From: Barthelona sp. PCE
Lineage: Eukaryota
NCBI GenBank assembly: GCA_040285745.1
Contig: JAUFOR010000008.1
Span: 1,054,001-1,118,000 of the forward strand
Direction of reading: 5' to 3'
DNA: 64,000 nt
Position numbers and translations under genes: made by a program. The notes under the pieces were generated by a model. That model worked only from the letters and a program-made list of their open reading frames with translations. It searched no databases and was not told where the DNA came from. Positions 41,528-51,452 of the stretch are shown one piece after another; position 1 is the stretch's first letter, and each line of letters opens with the position of its first letter.

Positions 41528-43786
41528 ATGTGTATAACAAAAACTGCGCCATTCATATTGTTTCTTTTACTGTCTAGTTATGCTTTGGGAATGCCTTGTA
41601 GTACTCTCAATCAAAGGGTACACGTTCCAGAAAACAGGATGGTGGGCTTTATAGGGTTCCCTATAACTGTTTTAACAACAGAAAACAGCAATAAGACATT
41701 CAATTTGACACTGCTTTTAGCAAATCCTAACCACAACTTAACATTGAAAGTTAATTCTATAGGAACGTATTATCTGTCGCCGAAAGTTGCCGGTTCATAC
41801 GATGTTGGGCTGGTACTGCCAAACGGTGAAACCTGCATGCAGGAAGCAGTTACTGTCATCGACCCATACTTCACACACGCGCTAACACTTGCAATACCAC
41901 TGTTTTTCATCATGGCGATGTTTGCTGTCGTTGAATTTTCTGAAGAAAGACAATCACATTTGTATGTTTTCTGTTACTCAATAAGACGGTTCATGCTATT
42001 TGTTTTGGATGCTTGGATTTTTACGTTTGTCCTCATCATCTCGATGGGAAGTATCTTTAAGAATGCAGCAACTTTGAAAACCAATTTATTCATCACAATG
42101 ACCAAGTTTTTCAATTTTTTCCCTGACGCATCAGGTCAGATACTCTTGAATATGTTACATTTTGCATTCAAACTTTTTGATAAATCAAAGGATTTTGCTG
42201 AAAACTACATGCTAATCAATTGGATTGTGCTCTTGCTGCTACTATTCCTCAGCATTGCATTTATAATATTTTGGATGCGACTTGTATCTATCCCTTATCA
42301 CAGATCCTCGTTTAAGGTTACATTCAAGCTATTGGTGCTTCGACTGGCTATGTTCAGCAGCTATTCAATAATGGTTTTGATTTACAGCAATAGTACGCAT
42401 ATGTTCGAAAAAGCACTCTTGCAGGTATTAGGAATTACATTATTCTTAGTAATATACTTTGTGCAGATGGTATGGATGCCTGTTTTGAACAGAAAAGTTA
42501 TTTTGGAAGAGCTACCGGAACTCGAACGTAGAATCCTGGTAATTCATGATTTTTATGTCGACACTGAAACGAAAGATCTGTTTACAATCCAGAATATTAA
42601 TCGAATTGCAGCGAAAATAGACTATGCAGTCGATTTCACACAAACTACCATTAAGCAAAAATTTAAAATGTCGGAAAGAACAGCAGAATTATCAAGGAAC
42701 CAGCTCAAATCACTCTTCGGTATCCCCTCCAACAATGACCTAAGAATTTTAAAGTACTTAAGAGAACTTATTTTGCTAAGAAGGTTCAGGAAACATCATA
42801 ATTTACGGAATGCTCCTGTTGGAATGGATCAAATCACATACCTTGAAGTCAAGGCCTTGCGGCGCATGATTATGGACTTTGAGGCACAGCATCAGCGGTT
42901 CCAGTCCGTTTTTTTTTACTTTACACCAATTTATCTTTTTCGTCTTTTTCACTCAATAGCGTGTCGTCTCGGACGTGCAGCTGTTGGAGGTAAGTTGTTT
43001 ATTCATAACGTCATAGACCCTAAAGCAAGTCGAGGCCTGGGTCTGAACAGCAAGTTTTTTCAATCTCGAACGATTTTTTTCATGAGTCTCTGTTTTCTTA
43101 TAGTTGAGTTTTTCGTTGTATTCTCGTTTTTCGTACAATCTGACTTTGCCCTTGTTATTGTTTTCCTGTATAATCTAATGTGGATTATACCAACAGTCGT
43201 GGCTGTGAAAGAACACAAAAAACAAACGCTTTCTTCCTGGAGTAGTTTCGTAGCACTCCATCAGGACCTGAAGACCAGCGCGGGCCTCGCCGCTGTTTCT
43301 GTTATCCAGCGTTCTTCATCTTTCTTGGACAGCTATCTTCGCGTCAGCGGGAGTGAGCATCATTCACCAACCACTAGTAGACCTGCTTCACGTCTTGAGT
43401 CAATCGCGGACGAAGTGCACTGGGCTGAAGGTGAAGATTGGTCGATAGGAAGCGCTTCTGAGATGTCAGATATAAACCCTGAAGTAGTGGAGGTTGCTGA
43501 GAATTTGGCAACTACGCTTGGATGGCATGATGAGGGTACCGTCAAGGAGCTTGCACATGGATTACAACGGTCCTCAAGTAGATTAAGTGACAGAATTGAT
43601 GAAACAGGAAGATCTTATGAAATTGGAGAATGCGCAGTTGAATTTGAAGAATTTCTGCAAACTATGCACACTAATCGTAGCAACGTGTCAGAATGTGCAT
43701 ACGATAGTGACCTTAGTTATACTGGAACTGGATTTACTATCAACTCTGATATTGAGAGTGATTTTAATTTTTCAGATATAATGTGA
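41528..43786 (+). CDS. Multi-pass membrane protein with signal peptide
   Basis: N-terminal signal (ILFLLLSSYALG), small beta-rich ectodomain, about 7 hydrophobic segments, acidic tail. Confidence 0.7.
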   Translation: MCITKTAPFILFLLLSSYALGMPCSTLNQRVHVPENRMVGFIGFPITVLTTENSNKTFNLTLLLANPNHNLTLKVNSIGTYYLSPKVAGSYDVGLVLPNGETCMQEAVTVIDPYFTHALTLAIPLFFIMAMFAVVEFSEERQSHLYVFCYSIRRFMLFVLDAWIFTFVLIISMGSIFKNAATLKTNLFITMTKFFNFFPDASGQILLNMLHFAFKLFDKSKDFAENYMLINWIVLLLLLFLSIAFIIFWMRLVSIPYHRSSFKVTFKLLVLRLAMFSSYSIMVLIYSNSTHMFEKALLQVLGITLFLVIYFVQMVWMPVLNRKVILEELPELERRILVIHDFYVDTETKDLFTIQNINRIAAKIDYAVDFTQTTIKQKFKMSERTAELSRNQLKSLFGIPSNNDLRILKYLRELILLRRFRKHHNLRNAPVGMDQITYLEVKALRRMIMDFEAQHQRFQSVFFYFTPIYLFRLFHSIACRLGRAAVGGKLFIHNVIDPKASRGLGLNSKFFQSRTIFFMSLCFLIVEFFVVFSFFVQSDFALVIVFLYNLMWIIPTVVAVKEHKKQTLSSWSSFVALHQDLKTSAGLAAVSVIQRSSSFLDSYLRVSGSEHHSPTTSRPASRLESIADEVHWAEGEDWSIGSASEMSDINPEVVEVAENLATTLGWHDEGTVKELAHGLQRSSSRLSDRIDETGRSYEIGECAVEFEEFLQTMHTNRSNVSECAYDSDLSYTGTGFTINSDIESDFNFSDIM

Positions 43787-43787
43787 T

Positions 43788-45791
43788 TTAATTTTTTTCT
43801 GCTAAAGTCAAGGCGATGTTGCGTAGTGAACCGAGCCTTTGAGCCTCATCATTAAGTAAACTATCATATTGGAGATTGGACAATTTCCTAAAGAAACGTT
43901 TCGCCTCTCTGCAATATCCTAAGGCTGTCTCAGCATCCCTCAAAGGGAAGAGAGCTGCGTTGGCTGCCATGGAGCATAGCAAAATGCGGTGGTAGATAAG
44001 GGGTGTGCTGTCCAACCCGAATTCGCATATCTCAATAATACGTTTGCTTGTGGCCGCAACAGGTAAGAACTCGTTCTTGTATACGGTGAGCAGCTTCGCG
44101 TACGACTTGCACACGAAGGGAGAAACATCGTAATGCTTTTTGTACACTGAATCATAGAAAGCTACAATTGTGTCGAAATCAACACCAAACTCCGTTTCGA
44201 AATCCTGAGGCTTAACAAAGCGAGATGTGTTTGACCAGTGCACGTTTGTCGGGAAAAGTCTGTTGTCTATGTAGTGCAAATGCATAGGCGTGTCACCTGT
44301 CAGCCCCATTCTGATAACCTGAGATGTCTCCAACAACAAATCCCACAGGTTGGCCTCCTCCTGGAACTCCACTATGCGGTCCCTCTTAATGGCAGCCAGA
44401 ACATCAGGCTTCACCGACTCAGTGGCTAACGTATGCTCCCCACTTAACATATCGAAGCAAAGAACGGGGTGCACGCCTGCATAACACCCACCGCCTGCGA
44501 CGTAGACGCTGTTAGAGCACGGGTCGAACACTACTGTCTCAAGCGTCAGTTCAAAATTGATTGTTTGGTAATACGGCAGAAGACCGCTCGAGTTGTTGTA
44601 CATTGTAGTGTCGCCTAAACAAAGAAACATGTCCCGAACAACGGGATCTCCTTCCCACTCACAGCCTGCGCGAAGCTCTGCTATTTTCTCAGGAGAGATA
44701 CGAGGTGGTTTAAAAATATTTTTGATTGATGGTAGATTGCACTGCTCTGCGTCGGAAAAATAACGGCCCTCCTCAAAGACAAGGGGCTCAAGTGTGTACC
44801 ACCGCCTGTTTCTGGCCTCCACGTGATGCGAAAACGACTGAAATCCCCAGCAATCACAAGCCAATTCAGAAGTCGCAAAACTATTCGTCGCGAAAATGTC
44901 GCTCTCCTCAAGTTCTAGCCATCCACGGCGCTGCCCGTAGATCTCCACGAGGAACCCCTCGGTTTTGTCAACAACAGAAACCATCCAACCATGCATAGAA
45001 TTTGGGTCTCGTCTTAACCACTCACGTGCTGACCTGACATTGTCGCACTGCTCCACGACCTCGCGCAGTGTCCACATTATGCTGCCTGGATTCGTATTTC
45101 CACTGTTGGCGTTGCACACATTTGCAGTCACACACAATCCATACTCATTAAAGCCATGCAATGCGCCTGGGTAGCCCATGAAGCCTACGGTACCAAACTT
45201 GCGGCCCATGACGTTGTAAAAAACAATGCAGGCGAGGCGGGAGCCAATAATATTTGGTGTGAAATCCAAATTATGGCCTAGGTAACGCTTGTCACCTCTC
45301 TTGGTAAGAACTGCGGAGCAGCCGCACTCGGGGGTCGTCCTGCTCATCATCTCACCAAGAGAAAGCATAAAGAGCATGTGCCTTGGTAATTCTGTGGCTG
45401 CAGCTATGCCTCTGAGCTCCTCCCTGTGGTTAGGGTGCAGCAAATTGTAGATCTTGCGGCATTTCATCCTCAAATATATAGGACCAGCGATAGATGCAAC
45501 AAGTCCCATCGCTCTTAGCTGTCTGCGCAGCATTAAGTGCAAAAAATCTATCATAGCTTCAAGTTCTGGCTTGAAAAGCATACCATAGTGGTATCCTGCG
45601 TCGTAAAATGAGTCTAGTGGTTGTAGTTTGCAAACAGCAACTCCATTTATGTTTTCAACTACTGAGCCCTCATATTGTCTGCGAGAGAATCCTCCCAGCC
45701 TGTTAAGCAAGCGTTCGACGTAATTCTTATTGAGTAAAACCATAATAATAGAGATAATTGTGAATACAGCCATAAGTGTATTTTCATGCAT
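43788..45791 (-). CDS. Ntn-hydrolase, peptidase C45 (acyl-CoA:6-APA acyltransferase-like) family, N-terminally membrane-anchored
   Basis: GYHYG, EELRGIAAA, autoprocessing GCSA, GHNLDF, GFNEYGL, ATNSF. Confidence 0.82.
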   Translation of the reverse strand: MHENTLMAVFTIISIIMVLLNKNYVERLLNRLGGFSRRQYEGSVVENINGVAVCKLQPLDSFYDAGYHYGMLFKPELEAMIDFLHLMLRRQLRAMGLVASIAGPIYLRMKCRKIYNLLHPNHREELRGIAAATELPRHMLFMLSLGEMMSRTTPECGCSAVLTKRGDKRYLGHNLDFTPNIIGSRLACIVFYNVMGRKFGTVGFMGYPGALHGFNEYGLCVTANVCNANSGNTNPGSIMWTLREVVEQCDNVRSAREWLRRDPNSMHGWMVSVVDKTEGFLVEIYGQRRGWLELEESDIFATNSFATSELACDCWGFQSFSHHVEARNRRWYTLEPLVFEEGRYFSDAEQCNLPSIKNIFKPPRISPEKIAELRAGCEWEGDPVVRDMFLCLGDTTMYNNSSGLLPYYQTINFELTLETVVFDPCSNSVYVAGGGCYAGVHPVLCFDMLSGEHTLATESVKPDVLAAIKRDRIVEFQEEANLWDLLLETSQVIRMGLTGDTPMHLHYIDNRLFPTNVHWSNTSRFVKPQDFETEFGVDFDTIVAFYDSVYKKHYDVSPFVCKSYAKLLTVYKNEFLPVAATSKRIIEICEFGLDSTPLIYHRILLCSMAANAALFPLRDAETALGYCREAKRFFRKLSNLQYDSLLNDEAQRLGSLRNIALTLAEKN

Positions 45792-45917
45792 GTCAGCGAG
45801 AATTTTGTTGTGAAAACTCACCAACTATACGAGAAATTGACTGTCATGAAGTAGCAGTTCTATATCTCTTTTCTCATCCATTCAATCACATAGGAACATT
45901 ATTTTCCTTCCCTTGTG

Positions 45918-46253
45918 ATGTTTGGCGGAGTTACTTCACAATATGAGCAGATGTTGGCTCTAACATTCAGTGGGAGTAGTACAGAAGATTCAAGGGCATA
46001 TTTTGATGAACCAATAACTCCACAAGAAGCTTTTCGAAACAGAAACCAGCTCTTTGCCACAGAACTTAACGATTCAATAGTAGGCCTGCCTCATACACAT
46101 GTAATGGATTTTTCCATGCCACCTTCTTCCCCTGATTTAGATTTGGATCCCTTGTCTGACATAAGTGGAAGAACAACCCCCTCCTTGCCAGGAACTGCCT
46201 CTTTAACTAGTGTTCTTTCCTTGGTTCCGGATTTTTCTGAACTTCCGAATTAG
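45918..46253 (+). CDS. Small hypothetical S/P-rich protein
   Basis: 111-aa ORF filling the intergenic gap, followed by AATAAA. Confidence 0.45.
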   Translation: MFGGVTSQYEQMLALTFSGSSTEDSRAYFDEPITPQEAFRNRNQLFATELNDSIVGLPHTHVMDFSMPPSSPDLDLDPLSDISGRTTPSLPGTASLTSVLSLVPDFSELPN

Positions 46254-46318
46254 TATATCATGTTTTTGTGTTTACTACAATATATTCGTTGGTCTATAAT
46301 AAAGCATTAATCTCTTTA

Positions 46319-47095
46319 TTACTCTAATACATTCCCAAATCTCCTTCTTAAGTAAGTTTCCCACTCAATATGAACATGGTTCTGCTGAAAATTGACTGTC
46401 AACTTCACATTATTCTCAAGTCTATCTGAAATAACCAAAAGCATAGCTGAGACGTCAATATACTCATCTGTAGGATTATTATCCGTTTCCATTTGTTTTA
46501 TCCAATCATTTAATAGCAAAAACTGCATGTACTGTGCTAGTAACCTTTGATCATCGTTTCTACATAGTATTTCCAATCTTGATAGATGTATAAATGCGTT
46601 CTTATGTCGGTCAACTAATGATGAACGCAAAAAAATTTTAGCCAGCCTTTTCAAGTTTTCGGGCTTCTCTGGCTCTCCACACATAGCTAAAACATTCTTC
46701 TGCGCCTCCATGGCCATGTCTATCATGCTTCTTTCGCAGTACACGTCCACAATGAACTCCAGAACAGGGAGGGATGTTGGGTACTTCTCAATAAAACCCT
46801 CCAAAATCTTCAATGCATCCATGGGCTGTTCATTTAGACACAGACACTTGTATAGGATTATTACAAATGTAGGATGAACGTTTTTACGCATATACTCACG
46901 AGTTTTTTCAGCTACTGCGAATGGAGGCTGTGTTGCAAGCAAAAAATTTAAGTGTACAATCTGAACTGAGACATTTTCGGGTGCCCGCTCAAGAAGAACC
47001 TGCAAATTGCGATGACAGGCTTCAAAATTTTTTGTCTCAATATGTCGAGTGGCTGTAGCCACTAACGCTTCAATTTGCCCATCAACTGTGGCCAT
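46319..47095 (-). CDS. TPR-like helical protein
   Basis: TPR-like segments (LLERAPENV, ALKILEGFIEKYP). Confidence 0.55.
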   Translation of the reverse strand: MATVDGQIEALVATATRHIETKNFEACHRNLQVLLERAPENVSVQIVHLNFLLATQPPFAVAEKTREYMRKNVHPTFVIILYKCLCLNEQPMDALKILEGFIEKYPTSLPVLEFIVDVYCERSMIDMAMEAQKNVLAMCGEPEKPENLKRLAKIFLRSSLVDRHKNAFIHLSRLEILCRNDDQRLLAQYMQFLLLNDWIKQMETDNNPTDEYIDVSAMLLVISDRLENNVKLTVNFQQNHVHIEWETYLRRRFGNVLE

Positions 47096-47189
47096 TTATG
47101 ATACAAAATAATTTAAAACCAAAGTGAAATGGAGAAAAGTAGCGAAAACAATTTTAAAGGAGTGTTTTCCATTTCTGTACCCAATACAT

Positions 47190-49358
47190 ATGGACTGTAG
47201 TCACTCTCTACTGCAAGTGGACGACACTGGCTTTGCCACCTGTATTGAATGCGGTAAGGGACCCATCCCTGATTTTTCCAAATCCAATTCTCCATATTTG
47301 CTTCAAAGACGTGGAGCCACGGGCAAAGTATCATATTACATCCACGAAAGTGCTGTCGAGAAATGTGGAGAGCAGGCTGTTACCAACATGCTCAACAATA
47401 ACAAACTCATGATAATCTTTGATCTTGATCATACACTGATTCACTGTCACCATGTCTGTTTTGCACGCTCCATTGCAGATTTTCAACAAGCACTGCAGAA
47501 ACCACCACCATTCCACATCCAAAATTTTAAGGAAGAAACTGGCTTTTTACCTTGGAATCTACCCCATAACAAACTGCATGTGTGCACCATAGCGGAAGAA
47601 ACACATGGTGTTTTCATTGTTAAAGATGTCATGCATGTTGTATCGGTGAGACCGCACGTAAAAAACTTGTTTGACCAGCTTAAGGACTTATTCACGTTCA
47701 GGGTTTTTACTGCGGCCCAGACAGAGTACGCAATCCATGTTTGCGAGCTCATAAATTACGTTTGTGGAGAGGAAGTCTTGCCCCCACGGCTACAAGATGT
47801 TGTCTTCACAAGAAGTGATATGCAGAACAACATCAAGGCGTTCGACCGCATCCTCCCAAAGAGCAAGGACGTGGCAGTCATGGTTGATGATTCGCCAAAG
47901 GTTTGGGAGGATCTTTCAAAATTACTAATCTGTCCTCCGTATATGTACGGTAAATCAGACGATTATTTGCTGGTTTTCGTTCAACAGATGGTGTACATCC
48001 ACACAGAGTTTTTTAACAGGGATATGAAGTGCGGTGTTAGTAATCTTGTGTTGGAAATGTTCGCTGACTTTTTTGAGGAGCATGAAATCCAGACAGCCGC
48101 ATGCTTTTCGCTGGATAAGAAGCGGTGGAAGAGCGATACGATGGCTGATTTCCTATCAATGATTGAAATTGATTGTCTACCAAGAATCGAACCTGGAGTT
48201 CAGGCTTGTATTGTGTCTGGAGAGAATCATCCCCTCGCTTACGATGGATTCTCTGCAGGGATTCCTGTTCTCCGGCTCAATGACGTGTTACTGAGGAGAT
48301 TTTTACCGTTGCAACCATGTAACGTTCTTCTAAGACCAATTGAGCAATTCATTGATGATGATTCATCTGAGGAGCCGGAGATTGAAGCTGATGCCCCTCC
48401 TTCCCGCACAGAGCTTACGTTTTACATGACCTATCAGGCTACAAAGAAGGTAAAAGAAGTAGCTGTTGTTCCCCACGAAGGTTTCTTCCCTGCTGTTTTT
48501 ACACCGACTGAGCATCGTGCAAAGGTTGAATCTCTCGGTCAGTTGAAGAAGGCTGTACAAGATCCACACTACCACCACGTCATGACACCAGATTTCGAGT
48601 ATGGTGCGTTGGGCGACGCTTTCTTTGTCACAGAGCTTATGCTCACAAGTTTCCACTCGCACACCGTTGAAATGCCACCAAATATCAGATCCCTTGGCCT
48701 CCAGATGTCGTTCCCCACCTTTGAGGTTTTCAAAAAAATCATTAACACCAGACCTCAGTTTCCGCCAGCAAGGAAGACGCCTTTAGATAGACTTATGATC
48801 TTTGTTGAGTGCAGATACGCTGGATACTTCCAGAGTTACATGTACGGAGCCTGGATATCGCTGCTAATGCGCTGTCACAAACCCATGTGGGTCAGAACAG
48901 ATGCATACATCTTTGCAACAGAGATACCTGAACGAACTACACTTTTTGGAGGTCGTCTATGGCTCAATGGCCCACTTCAAAATGTCAAAACGCTGCTTCT
49001 TTACAATTTTGACAAATTCGGCACCTATGATACTTCGAGCGTTGAGTGTCTGATTTTCGAACAGTGTGCCGCTGATCATGATGACGTTGTCTTCAGAGCA
49101 ATGGCAAAGATGGATAATATTTTCCCATCAACAAAGATCCTGGTTCTGAGAGGTGCTGCTGCATTTTTTAGTGATAATGAGCATATTAAAATTCTTGATG
49201 ATTTCGTTGATAATCACAAGCATATTGCTCACATTTGCTTCAGTGTGCGTGATCTTGATCGCTTGCAGGAGATGCCTCCTCTGTATGAGTATGCGCGTAG
49301 ACGCTTCAAGGATATTAGAGTTGAGGTATCGAAAGGGTTCAATTTTGAGCCTATATAA
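47190..49358 (+). CDS. FCP1: FCP1-like RNA polymerase II CTD phosphatase (HAD family)
   Basis: CSH...CIECG N-terminal motif, catalytic DLDHTLIH (DxDxT), VRPHV, VFTAAQTEYA, MVDDSPKVW; first ATG at 47190. Confidence 0.82.
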   Translation: MDCSHSLLQVDDTGFATCIECGKGPIPDFSKSNSPYLLQRRGATGKVSYYIHESAVEKCGEQAVTNMLNNNKLMIIFDLDHTLIHCHHVCFARSIADFQQALQKPPPFHIQNFKEETGFLPWNLPHNKLHVCTIAEETHGVFIVKDVMHVVSVRPHVKNLFDQLKDLFTFRVFTAAQTEYAIHVCELINYVCGEEVLPPRLQDVVFTRSDMQNNIKAFDRILPKSKDVAVMVDDSPKVWEDLSKLLICPPYMYGKSDDYLLVFVQQMVYIHTEFFNRDMKCGVSNLVLEMFADFFEEHEIQTAACFSLDKKRWKSDTMADFLSMIEIDCLPRIEPGVQACIVSGENHPLAYDGFSAGIPVLRLNDVLLRRFLPLQPCNVLLRPIEQFIDDDSSEEPEIEADAPPSRTELTFYMTYQATKKVKEVAVVPHEGFFPAVFTPTEHRAKVESLGQLKKAVQDPHYHHVMTPDFEYGALGDAFFVTELMLTSFHSHTVEMPPNIRSLGLQMSFPTFEVFKKIINTRPQFPPARKTPLDRLMIFVECRYAGYFQSYMYGAWISLLMRCHKPMWVRTDAYIFATEIPERTTLFGGRLWLNGPLQNVKTLLLYNFDKFGTYDTSSVECLIFEQCAADHDDVVFRAMAKMDNIFPSTKILVLRGAAAFFSDNEHIKILDDFVDNHKHIAHICFSVRDLDRLQEMPPLYEYARRRFKDIRVEVSKGFNFEPI

Positions 49359-49361
49359 AGA

Positions 49362-50249
49362 CTACAACGTCTGTAATGGATGTATCAAGACTTCTTTTCT
49401 CTTTTTAAGTAGGCGACATTGTGGTTTAAAGATAGAAAAAATAGTATTCTTATCAGTACCAGTTGTTTCAGGCAAGGATAATTTAAACCCGCTTAATTTC
49501 TCCAGATCCTGACCTTGACCTCCCCAACTCGTCCGCACAAGGTCCGAAGGGTACCCCATTAACGGATGCATGGCTGCCTTTAGCATCTCTACAGTTCGCT
49601 CATCGCTTGCATAACCGCTGCACTTTGGTAACATATTCAACCTTGAATACCCAGGCATTGTTTGCTGATAGTTCTCCATCCACTTATCGCGGGTCACCTT
49701 GGCAACAATGGAGGCGCCACCGGTCACTGGATAACGCTCATCTGCTTTAGATTCAACGGTGTAATCAATAAGAGGATGGAACTCGTTCAAATCCTTGCGC
49801 CATTTCAGAGGATCACCAACGGTATCCACATATCCGCTAACAAGGTTAAAGCCCTTGTCAAGAGCTCTCTGCACTAGCTCTTGAGTTGCTAGTAATGCTA
49901 CTTTGTTTAGATTCACTCTATCAACCTGCATTGCATGGCTCAATTCCAGAGCTCCAATCGACTTTGTGTCGAAGTAAATGACACCTGCGTCAACAATTCG
50001 TGAAAAAATTCGCTCACGAACTGAAGCATCAAGCTGCTTAGAATCATAAACGCCCATCCCCTTTAATTCCTCTTGAAAAGAAACTGGTATAACCATGATT
50101 CCGTAAACCATCGGTCCCAGGATAGGCCCACGTCCCGCTTCATCGATACCAAAGATGTAGTCGATGTTTGGATCGGGATTTGTGTAAAAATGATTTGGAA
50201 AGTCCTCTATCTTTTGTGCTTTGGGGTTCTCGTGGCTAAATTCAGTCAT
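49362..50249 (-). CDS. RNASEH2A: Ribonuclease H2 catalytic subunit A
   Basis: GIDEAGRGPILGPMVYG, DSKQL, YVDTVG, KAD..YP...ASIVAKVTRD, SGY.SD. Confidence 0.96.
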   Translation of the reverse strand: MTEFSHENPKAQKIEDFPNHFYTNPDPNIDYIFGIDEAGRGPILGPMVYGIMVIPVSFQEELKGMGVYDSKQLDASVRERIFSRIVDAGVIYFDTKSIGALELSHAMQVDRVNLNKVALLATQELVQRALDKGFNLVSGYVDTVGDPLKWRKDLNEFHPLIDYTVESKADERYPVTGGASIVAKVTRDKWMENYQQTMPGYSRLNMLPKCSGYASDERTVEMLKAAMHPLMGYPSDLVRTSWGGQGQDLEKLSGFKLSLPETTGTDKNTIFSIFKPQCRLLKKRKEVLIHPLQTL

Positions 50250-50409
50250 GTGTATGAGAAATGGTACAAAAAATATCAACAAAGTTCATAGTTTACTCTT
50301 TGGAGAATCTAATACCACAATGTGGTAAAATCTTCATGTTTTTTAACACAAAGAGCAGTCAAAAAGAAACAATCGGCCACTTGATTGTTATTGGGATTTC
50401 TTCTTCTAT

Positions 50410-51393
50410 ATGGACGAACCTCTTCTCTATCGTATGCCCAGAACACAAACACAACTGTTCACACCTCTCAAAGCACCACACGACGATGAAACATTAAAAT
50501 TCACAGCAGCCCTCATTTATGAGTTCGATGAAAACGAAGGACAACGTATCCTCGTTTCCAGCGGGGCAGTAGGCGACAGGGTAAAGCGTCTCAAGTTTCT
50601 TGCAATTGCATCTTCTTTCCAGGATCATAACAGCGATTGGGGTCTTTTTAAATGGGAAAATGAATTTGGACTGACTGTATTCGAACAGAGATACGACGAA
50701 AGCGCACGCAGGAAGAGAGCTATGCGTTCTGTTGTTGTTTTTAGCCACAGCACTTTCCATCTACTCAAATCGGTAGATCAATCGTTGAACATACTTAAGC
50801 ACTGCTGGGAGATGTCAAAGGAGGAAATGCAGACGGCAGTTGACATGCGTGTTGAACCGATCGTAACAAACAATCAAAAAATACATTTCAACCACTTGTT
50901 CTCTCTTCCTCCTCCCAAATTCAATGTTGATCCTGGTCTCCTGGTGGCACTGTCGATGCTGGGGCTCCGATCCCTGGTCATAATACCTCGTCATCTGCCT
51001 ACACAACACTACATCGCCATGCTCCACCCAATCCACTGCCTGTTCCCCGACTCCACCTTGTTTATGGTCGGGGTCGACCAGACGGAAGCTCTCATGCTGA
51101 TGCCTGCATTTTTGGCCTGCACAGCGGACGTAATTATGGTGGAGCTGGCTAAACCTGATGTTGTTTTCATTGATGGTGAAATGCAACTTCTAAGTCCCAG
51201 AGCGAAGGAACTGGTGGCAGAGGGTGGCACATATGCCACTGTTCCGACGTTCCTGAGAGCTTTCGAAACGTTTGCCAATGAAGACATTTATACCGTTCCT
51301 TTACCACCATTCACACACAGAGGTGTTGAGAACATCGTTGCCAAGTATAAGTTGGATCTGCATCGAGCCAAAAATTGTTGCTTTTGCTGTTAA
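50410..51393 (+). CDS. DENN/longin-like protein with C-terminal CCFCC lipidation motif
   Basis: IYEFDENEGQRI, LKFLAIAS..., FGLTVF...RRAMRSVVV resemble uDENN (DENND11/LCHN-like). Confidence 0.6.
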   Translation: MDEPLLYRMPRTQTQLFTPLKAPHDDETLKFTAALIYEFDENEGQRILVSSGAVGDRVKRLKFLAIASSFQDHNSDWGLFKWENEFGLTVFEQRYDESARRKRAMRSVVVFSHSTFHLLKSVDQSLNILKHCWEMSKEEMQTAVDMRVEPIVTNNQKIHFNHLFSLPPPKFNVDPGLLVALSMLGLRSLVIIPRHLPTQHYIAMLHPIHCLFPDSTLFMVGVDQTEALMLMPAFLACTADVIMVELAKPDVVFIDGEMQLLSPRAKELVAEGGTYATVPTFLRAFETFANEDIYTVPLPPFTHRGVENIVAKYKLDLHRAKNCCFCC

Positions 51394-51452
51394 TAAAACC
51401 AAAATGTATTAGCTCATTTCACCCTTTTTCTTTTTACGGTGTTCGGTGATGT

